Below are positions 27,599 through 36,408 of a stretch of 64,000 bases of DNA, in pieces; position 1 is the stretch's first letter, and every line of letters starts with the position of its first letter. The notes beneath the pieces were generated by a model. That model saw only the letters and a list, made by a program, of their open reading frames with translations. It was not told where the DNA came from and did no database searches. The translations under genes and the position numbers were made by a program. Source of the DNA: Candidatus Bathyarchaeota archaeon (GTDB taxonomy: Archaea > Thermoproteota > Bathyarchaeia > Bathyarchaeales > Bathycorpusculaceae); the NCBI GenBank assembly GCA_963715865.1, contig OY970280.1:1024001-1088000 (forward strand). Direction: 5' to 3'.

Positions 27599-29566
27599 GT
27601 GAAAGAAATGTCAGAAACAAGTTTACCTTTCAATGAGAAGTATAGCCCAAGTAACGCAAAAGTTTCTTCTGGAGAAAAACGAAAAAAGGAATGGGAAGAA
27701 TCGTTAAAGAACCCGCAGGAATACTGGTCAGAAAAAGCCAAAGCCATCGACTGGTTCAAACCCCCAAGCAAAGTCTTAGATGACTCCAACCCACCGTTTT
27801 ACAAGTGGTTCCCTGACGGCGAACTAAACATTTCCTATAACGCCCTAGACAGGCACGTAAAAAGCAACCGCAAAAACAAGCTTGCCTACATTTGGGAAGG
27901 CGAAATGGGCGAAATAAAAACTTACACATACTACCAACTATACCGCGAAGTAAACAAACTTGCAAAAGCACTAAAAGACTTCGGCGTCAAAAAAGGCGAC
28001 CGAGTCGCAGTTTTCCTCCCTGTTATCCCTGAGTTGCCAATAACTTTGCTTGCAACAGCAAGGATAGGCGGAGTTCATGCAGTAGTCTTTTCAGGATTCA
28101 GCGCTGAAGCATTAGCTGACCGAGTTAACGATTGTGGAGCAAAAATTCTAGTTACAGCAGACGGATCCTTCCGACGAGGAAAACCAGTCTCTATCAAAGA
28201 CAACGCAGACCGCGGATTACCCAACATGCCTAACATTGAAAAAGTTATTGTTGTCAAAAGAACTGGCCAAGCCGTTCAGATGAAGGAAGGTAGAGACGTA
28301 TGGTACCATGACGCTCTTGCAAATGCAGGCGCAAACGCCTACGTAGAACCTGAAAGCCTGAAATCCACAGACCCACTATTCATCCTTTACACTTCTGGAA
28401 CAACAGGCAAACCAAAAGGCGTACAGCATGGTACAGGAGGCTATCTTGTTTGGGCTTACTGGACGCTCAAGTGGGCTTTTAACCCAACTGACGAGGATAT
28501 TTTCTGGTGTGTTGCTGACATTGGCTGGATTACCGGGCACACGTACAACGTTTATGCACCGTTAAGCATGGGCATCACAGCGTTCCTTTTCGAAGGCACA
28601 CCTGATTACCCCGCGCAAGACCGATGGTGGGACATAATTGAAAGACACGGCATAACCATCCTCTATGGCACACCAACCGCTGTCAGAATGTTCATGAAAT
28701 TCGGTGAACAATGGGTACTAAAGCATGACCTAAGCACCCTACGCATCTTGGGCACTGTCGGCGAACCGATAAACCCTGAAGCGTGGAAATGGTACTACCG
28801 CGTCGTCGGCAAAGAAAAACTTCCGATAATTGATACTTGGTGGCAAACAGAAACCGGCGGATTCATGATTTCCCCAGCATTAGGCATAGAACTCACGCCT
28901 TTCAAGCCAGGTTCAGCAACATTCCCGCTGCCATCCATCAACGCTGATATCTACGATGAGAAAGGACAGCCAGTCAAAGCAGGCACCAAAGGTGTTCTAG
29001 TAATCAAATCACCTTGGCCAGGAATGCTGCAGACACTTTGGAAAGACTCAGATCGCTTCAAGCAGACGTACTTTGGCAGGTGGCCAGGAATCTATTACTC
29101 AGGCGACTACTCAGTCCGAGACCCTGACGGCTACTTCTGGCTACTTGGCAGAGCAGATGAAGTCCTCAAAGTTGCAGGGCACCGCATAGGCACAGTAGAA
29201 CTTGAAAGTGCATTGGTTGCGCACCCAGCAGTCTCTGAAGCAGCAGTGATGGGCAAAGAAGACGCAGTGAAAGGCGAAGTTCCAGTAGCATTTGTAACAT
29301 TACGAAGTGGTTTCACGCCATCCGAAGAGCTCCGTGCTGAACTCATAAAGCACATTAGAACCACGATAGGTCCAATAGCCACTCCAGATGCCATTGTTAT
29401 TGTTAACAAGCTGCCGAAGACACGAAGCGGCAAAATAATGCGCAGGCTACTCAAAGCAGTACTGGTTGGAGCACCACTCGGCGACACGTCAACACTTGAA
29501 GACGAAGGCTCAATTGAAGACATAAAAGCAACATACAACGACCTGCGAAAGCAACTCACTAAATAA
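27599..29566 (+). CDS. acs: AMP-forming acetyl-CoA synthetase
   Basis: YTSGTTGKPKG, ADIGWITGHTY, DTWWQTETGG, LPKTRSGKIMRR. Confidence 0.95.
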   Translation: MKEMSETSLPFNEKYSPSNAKVSSGEKRKKEWEESLKNPQEYWSEKAKAIDWFKPPSKVLDDSNPPFYKWFPDGELNISYNALDRHVKSNRKNKLAYIWEGEMGEIKTYTYYQLYREVNKLAKALKDFGVKKGDRVAVFLPVIPELPITLLATARIGGVHAVVFSGFSAEALADRVNDCGAKILVTADGSFRRGKPVSIKDNADRGLPNMPNIEKVIVVKRTGQAVQMKEGRDVWYHDALANAGANAYVEPESLKSTDPLFILYTSGTTGKPKGVQHGTGGYLVWAYWTLKWAFNPTDEDIFWCVADIGWITGHTYNVYAPLSMGITAFLFEGTPDYPAQDRWWDIIERHGITILYGTPTAVRMFMKFGEQWVLKHDLSTLRILGTVGEPINPEAWKWYYRVVGKEKLPIIDTWWQTETGGFMISPALGIELTPFKPGSATFPLPSINADIYDEKGQPVKAGTKGVLVIKSPWPGMLQTLWKDSDRFKQTYFGRWPGIYYSGDYSVRDPDGYFWLLGRADEVLKVAGHRIGTVELESALVAHPAVSEAAVMGKEDAVKGEVPVAFVTLRSGFTPSEELRAELIKHIRTTIGPIATPDAIVIVNKLPKTRSGKIMRRLLKAVLVGAPLGDTSTLEDEGSIEDIKATYNDLRKQLTK

Positions 29567-29626
29567 AATTCTTCTTTTATTTTTTCATTTTTCTTAATTA
29601 CTTTAAACAAGAAATAAGAAAGTTAG

Positions 29627-30040
29627 TTAAAAGTTCATAAATTGTGTTCCATGTGGCAGCCAGCCTGTACTGATTCCCATTAATGTCAGCACAAGAACGA
29701 TAAGGAACAATATTACAACTGCTATGATCACCGCTACTATACTTATTGCTAAAGCTTTCAGCCATCCGCAGTCAAAGAAATGCTTCACCAAAGCCAACCA
29801 AATAACTAAAAGTATGAGGTACGACAGTATAACCGAGCCTATTAAGTCTTGGAGGAAATAGCTGAAAAAATAAAAGATTACCGTTCCAATGAGCACTATC
29901 CATAAGGCATGGGTGAACTTTGCTTTTTTGCCTGCTAGCAGTCTTCCTGAAATCCAAAGAACGGGCGCGATTATGATGATGTTAGCGATGATAGTTACTA
30001 TTAGGCCTAGCAATAACGGATCTAAATTGAGTGTTGCCAT
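29627..30040 (-). CDS. Small hypothetical membrane protein (about four TM)
   Basis: Hydrophobic ORF with F..ALW and WLKAL motifs. Confidence 0.7.
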   Translation of the reverse strand: MATLNLDPLLLGLIVTIIANIIIIAPVLWISGRLLAGKKAKFTHALWIVLIGTVIFYFFSYFLQDLIGSVILSYLILLVIWLALVKHFFDCGWLKALAISIVAVIIAVVILFLIVLVLTLMGISTGWLPHGTQFMNF

Positions 30041-30136
30041 TCTTTCCCCTCGTTAGATTTTTTCAGAAGTATCTCTGGTACAGCTTAAATATTTTATGTT
30101 AGGTCTGACTCTGCAGAGTGCAGTTGCAATAGGCGT

Positions 30137-31249
30137 TTAGAAATGGAATTTTCGGTTTTTCGCTTGCACATCTGTGTTGAACTCTGTTGCTAATTGTTCA
30201 ATAAGTGCCCTTTGCTGGGGTGTAAGTTTTTCTGGAACTGAAATTCCTATGCGCACAAATAAGTCGCCCTTGCCGTATGCCCTGAAACGCGGCATCCCTC
30301 TTCCCCTAAGCGTTATGACTTCGCCTGCTTGTGTTCCTGGATGAATCTTAACGGTTGTGGGTCCATCAAGGGTGGGAACGGTTATTTCAGCGCCTAATGC
30401 TGCTTGCGGATAAGTAATTATGGCTACGTGCCAAATGTCGTCTCCTTCCCGCATGAATTGCTGGTGAGGCTTAACGTGAACGACAACATAGAGGTCGCCT
30501 GCTTCGCCGCCGTTGGGCGCCATCTCTCCTTCTCCTCGAAGCCTAAGCTGGTAGCCTTCGTCTATGCCCATTGGAATGCGGACGCTGATTTTTCTTCGTT
30601 TCCTAACTAGCCCTGAACCGTGACAATTACTGCATAGCGTCTCTATCAGTTTGCCTTTTCCCCTGCATGTTGGACAAGCAGTAACCTGCACGTACATGGC
30701 GAAGCTGCTTTTGCGCATGTTTTGTACTTGGCCAGAACCACCGCATCTTGGGCAAACTTTAGCCGTGGTGCCTGGGCTTGCGCCTGAGCCTCCGCATACA
30801 TCGCATCTTTCGGTTCGGGGGATTTCGATTTCTTTTTCGGTTCCCTTTGCTGCATCTTCTAGAGTTATTTCAAGGTCATAAGCTAAGTCTTGACCTATAT
30901 TGCTTCTTTCGCCTCCGAATCCTCCGCCGCCGAAGAAAGTTCGGAAAAGGTCGCCGAAGCCCATATCTCTAAAAACGGAGTCAAAGTCGGCGCCTCTGAA
31001 AATGTCTTCTGAAGTGTATCTTTGGTCAAAGCCTGAATGGCCAAGGGTATCGTATTGTTGTCTTTTTTGGTCGTCGGAGAGAACAGCGTAAGCTTCAGAG
31101 ATTTCTTTGAATTTTTCTTCTGCACCTAGTGCCTTGTTTCGGTCTGGATGATACTGCATTGCCAGTTTTCGGTAAGCATCTTTGATTTGGTCTTTTGATG
31201 TGTTGCGTTGAACGCCTAGAACTTCATAGTAGTCTCGTTTTTCAGCCAT
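30137..31249 (-). CDS. dnaJ: Chaperone DnaJ
   Basis: DYYEVLGV, HPDRN, four CxxCxGxG repeats. Confidence 0.97.
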   Translation of the reverse strand: MAEKRDYYEVLGVQRNTSKDQIKDAYRKLAMQYHPDRNKALGAEEKFKEISEAYAVLSDDQKRQQYDTLGHSGFDQRYTSEDIFRGADFDSVFRDMGFGDLFRTFFGGGGFGGERSNIGQDLAYDLEITLEDAAKGTEKEIEIPRTERCDVCGGSGASPGTTAKVCPRCGGSGQVQNMRKSSFAMYVQVTACPTCRGKGKLIETLCSNCHGSGLVRKRRKISVRIPMGIDEGYQLRLRGEGEMAPNGGEAGDLYVVVHVKPHQQFMREGDDIWHVAIITYPQAALGAEITVPTLDGPTTVKIHPGTQAGEVITLRGRGMPRFRAYGKGDLFVRIGISVPEKLTPQQRALIEQLATEFNTDVQAKNRKFHF

Positions 31250-31281
31250 TAGGTTTTACCGCTAAATTAACATCTATTATT

Positions 31282-33195
31282 TCATTTAACTTTGTAATCT
31301 TCCGAGTCAACCACTTTCTCTTCACCAGAGCCTTCGGGACCTGGACCGCCGCTTGGAGGTGGTTGTGGTCCTGCTCCTGCTTCTGGTCCTTGGCCTGGTT
31401 GTTGCTGTCCTTGCTGTTTTGCGTATTCTGCTGCTGCTTGCTGGTAAACCATGGTGCCGATTTCCTGCAGAATCTTTTGGAGCTCGTCGGATTTTGCTTT
31501 AACCTGGGTCATGTCTTTGGCTAATGCGTCTTTTAATGCTGCTACGGCTGTGTCGATTTTGCCTATTTGCTCTTGTGTTATTTTGCCTGCGAGGTCGGTT
31601 TTTGTTTTTTCTGCTGTGTAGACTAGGCTGTCAGCGTTGTTTCGTATTTCTGCTTCTTCACGTTTCTTTTTGTCTTGGTCTGCGAATTGTTCGGCGTCTT
31701 TGATTAAGCGTTCTTTTTCTTCTTTGGAAAGTTTGGTTGATGCAGTTATGCGTATTTTTGATTCTTTTCCTGTGCCGCGGTCTTTGGCGGTTACGTTTAG
31801 GATGCCGTTAGCGTCAATGTCGAAGGTTACTTCTATTTGTGGGACGCCTCTTGGCGCTGGCGGCAAATCAACGAGGTTGAACATGCCTAATGATACGTTG
31901 TCTGATGCCATTGCTCGTTCTCCTTGAAGCACGTGGATTGTTACTGCTGTTTGGAAGTCTGCTGCTGTAGTGAACACTTGGCTTCTTTTGGTTGGGATGG
32001 TGGTGTTCTTTTCCATTACTTGGGTGAATACTCCGCCCATGGTTTCAACACCAAGCGATAATGGCGTAACATCTAAGAGTAATAGGTCTGTGACTTCGCC
32101 TGTTATGACTGCGGCTTGGATGGCTGCGCCTATGGCAACGCATTCCATTGGGTCAAGTCCTCGTTCGGGTGCTTTGCCCAAGATTTGTTCTACGAACCTT
32201 TGGACTAGGGGCATTCGGGTCATTCCGCCGATTAAGATGATTTTGTCGATTCCTTGCGGCGTTAGTTTTGCGTCTTCCAATGCTTTGAGGAGTGTTTTTT
32301 CGGTTTTTTGAACGATTGGTTGCGCTAAAGATTCCAGTTTAGTGCGTGTTAATGCGAGGTGTAAGTGTTTTGGTCCTGCAGCGTCTGCTGTTAGGAATGG
32401 CAGGTCAATGTCGGTGCTCATCAGCGTTGAAAGTTCAATTTTGGCTTTTTCCGCTGCTTCTTTAAGCCTGGGCATTGCCATTCTGTCGCTTGAGATATCT
32501 ATGCCTGTTTGGCGTTTGAACTCGCCTAGAATGTAGTCCATGACTGCTTTGTCAACGTCTGTTCCGCCGAGTTGGGTATCGCCGCTTGTGCTGAGCACTT
32601 GGAAGACTCCTTTGCCGAAATCCATTAATGTTACATCGTGGGTTCCGCCGCCGAAGCTGAAAACGAGAATTTTCATTTCTTGTTGAATCTTGTCTATGCC
32701 GTATGCGAGGCATGCGGCGGTTGGTTCGTTGACTATTCGCATGACTTGGAAGCCTGCGATTTCCCCTGCGTCTTTGGTTGCTTGGCGTTGGTTGTCATCG
32801 AAGTGGGCTGGGACAGTAATGACGGCTTTGCGCATTGTGCCGCCAAGGTATGTTTCTGCGTCTTTCTTTATTTTTTGCAGTATGAATGCTGAGATTTGCT
32901 GTGGGCTGTACTCTTTTCCGTAAACGTTAACTTTGTAGTCAGTGCCCATTTTGCGTTTTATTTCAAAAATGGTTCCATCTGGGTTGGCGGCTGCTTGGCG
33001 TTTCGCCGGTTCACCTACCAAGAGTTGTCCATCTTTTGTGAAGGCAACGACTGATGGAAACATTTTTCCCGCCATTGTGGGGCCTTCCGCGCTTGGAATA
33101 ACGGTGGCGTGTCCGCCTTCGTATATGGCGGCTGCTGAATTGGTTGTTCCCAAATCTATTCCTAATACTTTTTCACTTGTTTTTTGATTACTCAT
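31282..33195 (-). CDS. dnaK: Chaperone DnaK (Hsp70)
   Basis: [32 protein letters not shown]. Confidence 0.97.
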   Translation of the reverse strand: MSNQKTSEKVLGIDLGTTNSAAAIYEGGHATVIPSAEGPTMAGKMFPSVVAFTKDGQLLVGEPAKRQAAANPDGTIFEIKRKMGTDYKVNVYGKEYSPQQISAFILQKIKKDAETYLGGTMRKAVITVPAHFDDNQRQATKDAGEIAGFQVMRIVNEPTAACLAYGIDKIQQEMKILVFSFGGGTHDVTLMDFGKGVFQVLSTSGDTQLGGTDVDKAVMDYILGEFKRQTGIDISSDRMAMPRLKEAAEKAKIELSTLMSTDIDLPFLTADAAGPKHLHLALTRTKLESLAQPIVQKTEKTLLKALEDAKLTPQGIDKIILIGGMTRMPLVQRFVEQILGKAPERGLDPMECVAIGAAIQAAVITGEVTDLLLLDVTPLSLGVETMGGVFTQVMEKNTTIPTKRSQVFTTAADFQTAVTIHVLQGERAMASDNVSLGMFNLVDLPPAPRGVPQIEVTFDIDANGILNVTAKDRGTGKESKIRITASTKLSKEEKERLIKDAEQFADQDKKKREEAEIRNNADSLVYTAEKTKTDLAGKITQEQIGKIDTAVAALKDALAKDMTQVKAKSDELQKILQEIGTMVYQQAAAEYAKQQGQQQPGQGPEAGAGPQPPPSGGPGPEGSGEEKVVDSEDYKVK

Positions 33196-33729
33196 TTACT
33201 TTTTTTCCTCCGTTTGGTTACTTTGATTTTTTGATGATTTTACTGCTACTTTGACGATGCTGGGTCGAATCACTTTGCCCCTCATCATGTACCCTTTTCT
33301 TATTTCCTCAATTACGGTAGAGCCTTGAACATCGTCTCGCTCGACTGCGGCAATAGCATTATGCCGTGAGGGGTCAAAAACTTTACCTTCTGGGTTTTCT
33401 ATTGGAGTAACACCTTCTTGCTCAAGAACCTTTCTGAGCTTTTTCAGGGTCATTTCCACGCCTTCTAGCAGGGATTCGGGCGATGTTGAGATTTCACCAT
33501 TTTTAACCGCTAACTCCAACTCATCCACAACATCCAACAGTTGAATGACTAAGCGTTCGGTGCAGTAATTCTTTATCTGCTCCGCTTCCCTATCAAACCG
33601 CTTCTTAAAGTTTTCAAGGTCAGCCTGCAAATACTTCAGCCTAGTCAAATAATCTTCTGCACGCTTCCTCTCGCAATCCAGAAGCTGCTCTAAGCGGTCA
33701 ACAGACTGCTCTTCTTCTGCATCAACCAT
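33196..33729 (-). CDS. grpE: Nucleotide exchange factor GrpE
   Basis: ADLENFKKR, FDPSRHNA, KGY......RPSIVKV; directly upstream of dnaK. Confidence 0.93.
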   Translation of the reverse strand: MVDAEEEQSVDRLEQLLDCERKRAEDYLTRLKYLQADLENFKKRFDREAEQIKNYCTERLVIQLLDVVDELELAVKNGEISTSPESLLEGVEMTLKKLRKVLEQEGVTPIENPEGKVFDPSRHNAIAAVERDDVQGSTVIEEIRKGYMMRGKVIRPSIVKVAVKSSKNQSNQTEEKK

Positions 33730-33856
33730 TTTTCGCTTTGCCCCTGTATTCAAAATCAATCTTACACTCTAACAAAAAAATTTTTCTATCCTAAAAAAGA
33801 TTTGCACCTGCAATCTTTATTGTTTACAATTATCTGGGCAGTTTAGCCTAGATTTT

Positions 33857-33895
33857 TTAGTCGCAACTAATCGCAACGCAATAGTCGCAACTATT
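33857..33895. promoter_or_regulatory. Duplicated quasi-palindrome TAGT-CGCA-ACTA upstream of grpE-dnaK-dnaJ
   Basis: TTAGTCGCAACTAA at 33857 and AATAGTCGCAACTATT at 33880, with a partial TCGCAAC between. Confidence 0.5.
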
Positions 33896-33909
33896 GAGAC
33901 AGCTTAAAA

Positions 33910-34254
33910 TCAATTTTTCATGAACTCTTTTTTTCTTTTCGTTGCCACACTGTAGAACAAAATCAGTAGCGGAAAAGCCAACAATAAAATCTTGTACAAT
34001 GTAAATTCTTGGCTTATTGAAACCGCGAGAAGGACCGTTGGAATGATGGTCAATAAGCTATAAGTGACAAGAAGCAAAATTAGCAAAGTGCGTGGCTTTA
34101 CACCGCCGAGTTCAGCTTTTCCGAAGACCAACTCTGATAGCTTGCCAAAACCCATTGTACAAGTTTTGCAATAGGCGCAAGTCTTACAGAGTTGCTTTCG
34201 CACAACGCCATAAACCACTATGAAGGCAACAAACGCGAAAATCAACGCATCCAC
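33910..34254 (-). CDS. Small membrane protein with Cys cluster (start uncertain)
   Basis: LCKTCAYCKTCTMGFG between TM helices. Confidence 0.65.
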   Translation of the reverse strand: MDALIFAFVAFIVVYGVVRKQLCKTCAYCKTCTMGFGKLSELVFGKAELGGVKPRTLLILLLVTYSLLTIIPTVLLAVSISQEFTLYKILLLAFPLLILFYSVATKRKKEFMKN

Positions 34255-34366
34255 TGTATTCAGGGACCAAATATTCCCCAGTTAACCTAATTAAAATTTA
34301 ATCCCGCACACACCAAATCTTATATCTGCGAGAAGGCTCCCCTAATATGAGAGAGGTACTATTTCG

Positions 34367-35116
34367 TTGCAAAAGTGTTTTATTGTTATGGAGAAAAGGT
34401 TTAGCAAAGCAACGCTTGTGCTACTTTTTCTAAGCATATTAACTTTAGCAGCAATAATAACGCCAGTGGCGAAAGCAGAAAACCTGTCGGTAACCTTGAA
34501 TCCTTCCGAGGGTCCCGCAGGAACAATAGTGGTGGTCATGATATCTGGGTTCCAAGCTCCCGACCCAGTAAGCGTCACCTTTGACACAACAAACGTCGGG
34601 ACGATAACAACAGGATATTCGTATAATGTTGCAAGCATGGAATTCACAGTTCCACCAGTATCTCTCGGCACGTATACTGTTACCGCTACGGATAGCCTAG
34701 GCGGCGGCGTTGCCACAACAACATTTGCCGTCACCCAAGCGCCATCTCCAACGCCCACAGGGACATCTACGGGGATACCAACATGGGTAAGCCCCACGAA
34801 TAGCCCCGTAATCGTGAGCACTGGATTTTGGTCACCGCTAATGATCGCCATAATCTCAGCTGTGATAGCTTTCGTCAGTTTTATGATAGTCGTATACGTA
34901 AAACGCGGCAAACAAAAAACGTCACCAGTTCAGGAGACCTCGCTTTACAAGCCTAGGCCGTCAGCTCCGTCAATGAAGCCTACCGCGGGCTCGAAGATTA
35001 ATCAGCCGGCGACTAATAGTCCACAACCGCCTTTTACAAAGGTATGCCGACATTGCAAACGAACTGTTAGAGATGACTTGAATGTCTGTCCATACTGCTT
35101 AAAAAGGCTAAAGTAG
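34367..35116 (+). CDS. Membrane-anchored Ig-like (IPT/TIG) protein with cytoplasmic zinc ribbon
   Basis: Signal peptide, LNPSEGPAGT, P/T linker, TM, CRHC...CPYC. Confidence 0.75.
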   Translation: MQKCFIVMEKRFSKATLVLLFLSILTLAAIITPVAKAENLSVTLNPSEGPAGTIVVVMISGFQAPDPVSVTFDTTNVGTITTGYSYNVASMEFTVPPVSLGTYTVTATDSLGGGVATTTFAVTQAPSPTPTGTSTGIPTWVSPTNSPVIVSTGFWSPLMIAIISAVIAFVSFMIVVYVKRGKQKTSPVQETSLYKPRPSAPSMKPTAGSKINQPATNSPQPPFTKVCRHCKRTVRDDLNVCPYCLKRLK

Positions 35117-35146
35117 ATAGGGGATTTCTAATCTTCTCATTTTTTT

Positions 35147-35362
35147 GCGTGTTGTGTGTTGTGTTGTGTCGTGTGTTGTGTGCGGCGTCGTGTGTCCCAT
35201 GGGTGTAGTGTAAGGGGGTAAGGGGCTAAGTAGTAAGCGTAAGCGTGTAAGCGGGTTTGGGTTATTAATTTTTAATCTTTTTCTCTGGTGTGTTCTTCCA
35301 CTCGTACACACACGCTAACACGCACGAACGTAAACACGCACTCTAACACGCACACACAACAT
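35147..35362. repeat. Low-complexity GT arm / TAAG(C/G) core / CA arm, quasi-inverted
   Basis: GCGTGTTGTGTGTTGTGTT... at 35147-35195; AACACGCAC three times at about 35317-35353. Confidence 0.7.
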
Positions 35363-35669
35363 AAAATACTAAGCTATTCTAATAAACTCATTTTAAACAC
35401 TTATGGAGCTGAAATTGAAAATTTTATGCAGTAAACATGATTTAGTGAATCGACAGAAACATGTTACCGCAAGATTTAAGCTAAGAAACAGACAACAACT
35501 TATGTGAAGTGAGAGACGGAGTCGCTGGCAGAAGCTCAACTGTCCAAGGCTATAAGCAAACAAAGAACAGTTTTTCTCCGTTGAACGAAAGCCCAAGACT
35601 ATCCTCGAAACCGTAGTGACGACCGTGAAGAAAACGAAATCAAAAAAACAGTATAGGTGGTGAAAAATA

Positions 35670-36209
35670 ATGGAGAAAAAAATGATGTACGCTTTAGTCG
35701 CAGTAGTTGTAATAATCGTTGTTGCAGTGGCAGTTGCTGGCGCTTACGTGCTAATGAATAGCGGCGGAGGCGGCGGTGGCGCAGACACTTATACCGTGGC
35801 GAACGCGACCAGTTTACAGTACAACGCTAACGTGACATATCAGGGGGCGTCCCCGACACTATTCAATGTGGCGGCAAAGAATGTGGGCGCTACGGACATG
35901 GTGCTGCGGATCGACATTTTAGGCGGTGAGTCGGGTAATTACACCTACATCATGGACCATGGAACCCAGACGGCTTGGCTATCAAATAACGGCACTTGGA
36001 CTAACGTTTCCAGCGATTTCACAAATCAGTGGAACACTTGGGTGGGAACGGGCAAGCCGCGGACAACCGACTTGGATGCTCTGGCGACAAATTGGAGCGG
36101 CACTGGAGACTACACTTACACTAATTCAGCAACCGGGACCACTATCAGATTCTACAACATAGCCATAAATCCTACGCTGGCTGATTCGCTGTTCCAGCCT
36201 AATACATAA
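35670..36209 (+). CDS. N-terminally anchored extracellular protein
   Basis: GGTGGTGA RBS, one TM, Gly linker, Asn/Thr-rich domain. Confidence 0.75.
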   Translation: MEKKMMYALVAVVVIIVVAVAVAGAYVLMNSGGGGGGADTYTVANATSLQYNANVTYQGASPTLFNVAAKNVGATDMVLRIDILGGESGNYTYIMDHGTQTAWLSNNGTWTNVSSDFTNQWNTWVGTGKPRTTDLDALATNWSGTGDYTYTNSATGTTIRFYNIAINPTLADSLFQPNT

Positions 36210-36408
36210 GCGGTTGAGCGGTTAAGCGCCTTGAAGCAAAAAAACCAACCTTTTTCTTTTTTTCGACTTTCCCGAGAAAGACAAAACAGCAACCAGAGAA
36301 AACAACACCACAATAGTAGTTTTGGGTTTGGGTTTTATTATAATTTAATTAAAAGTAGAAATAAATTTTAGGATTAAACTAAAGCTATAAAGAAGCTCTT
36401 TCCAAGCA

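Noticed and set aside
33760-33909. CIRCE element upstream of grpE
   Set aside because: No TTAGCACTC-N9-GAGTGCTAA match.
35108-35311. 67-aa His/Thr-rich ORF
   Set aside because: By-product of the low-complexity GT tract; no coding signal.
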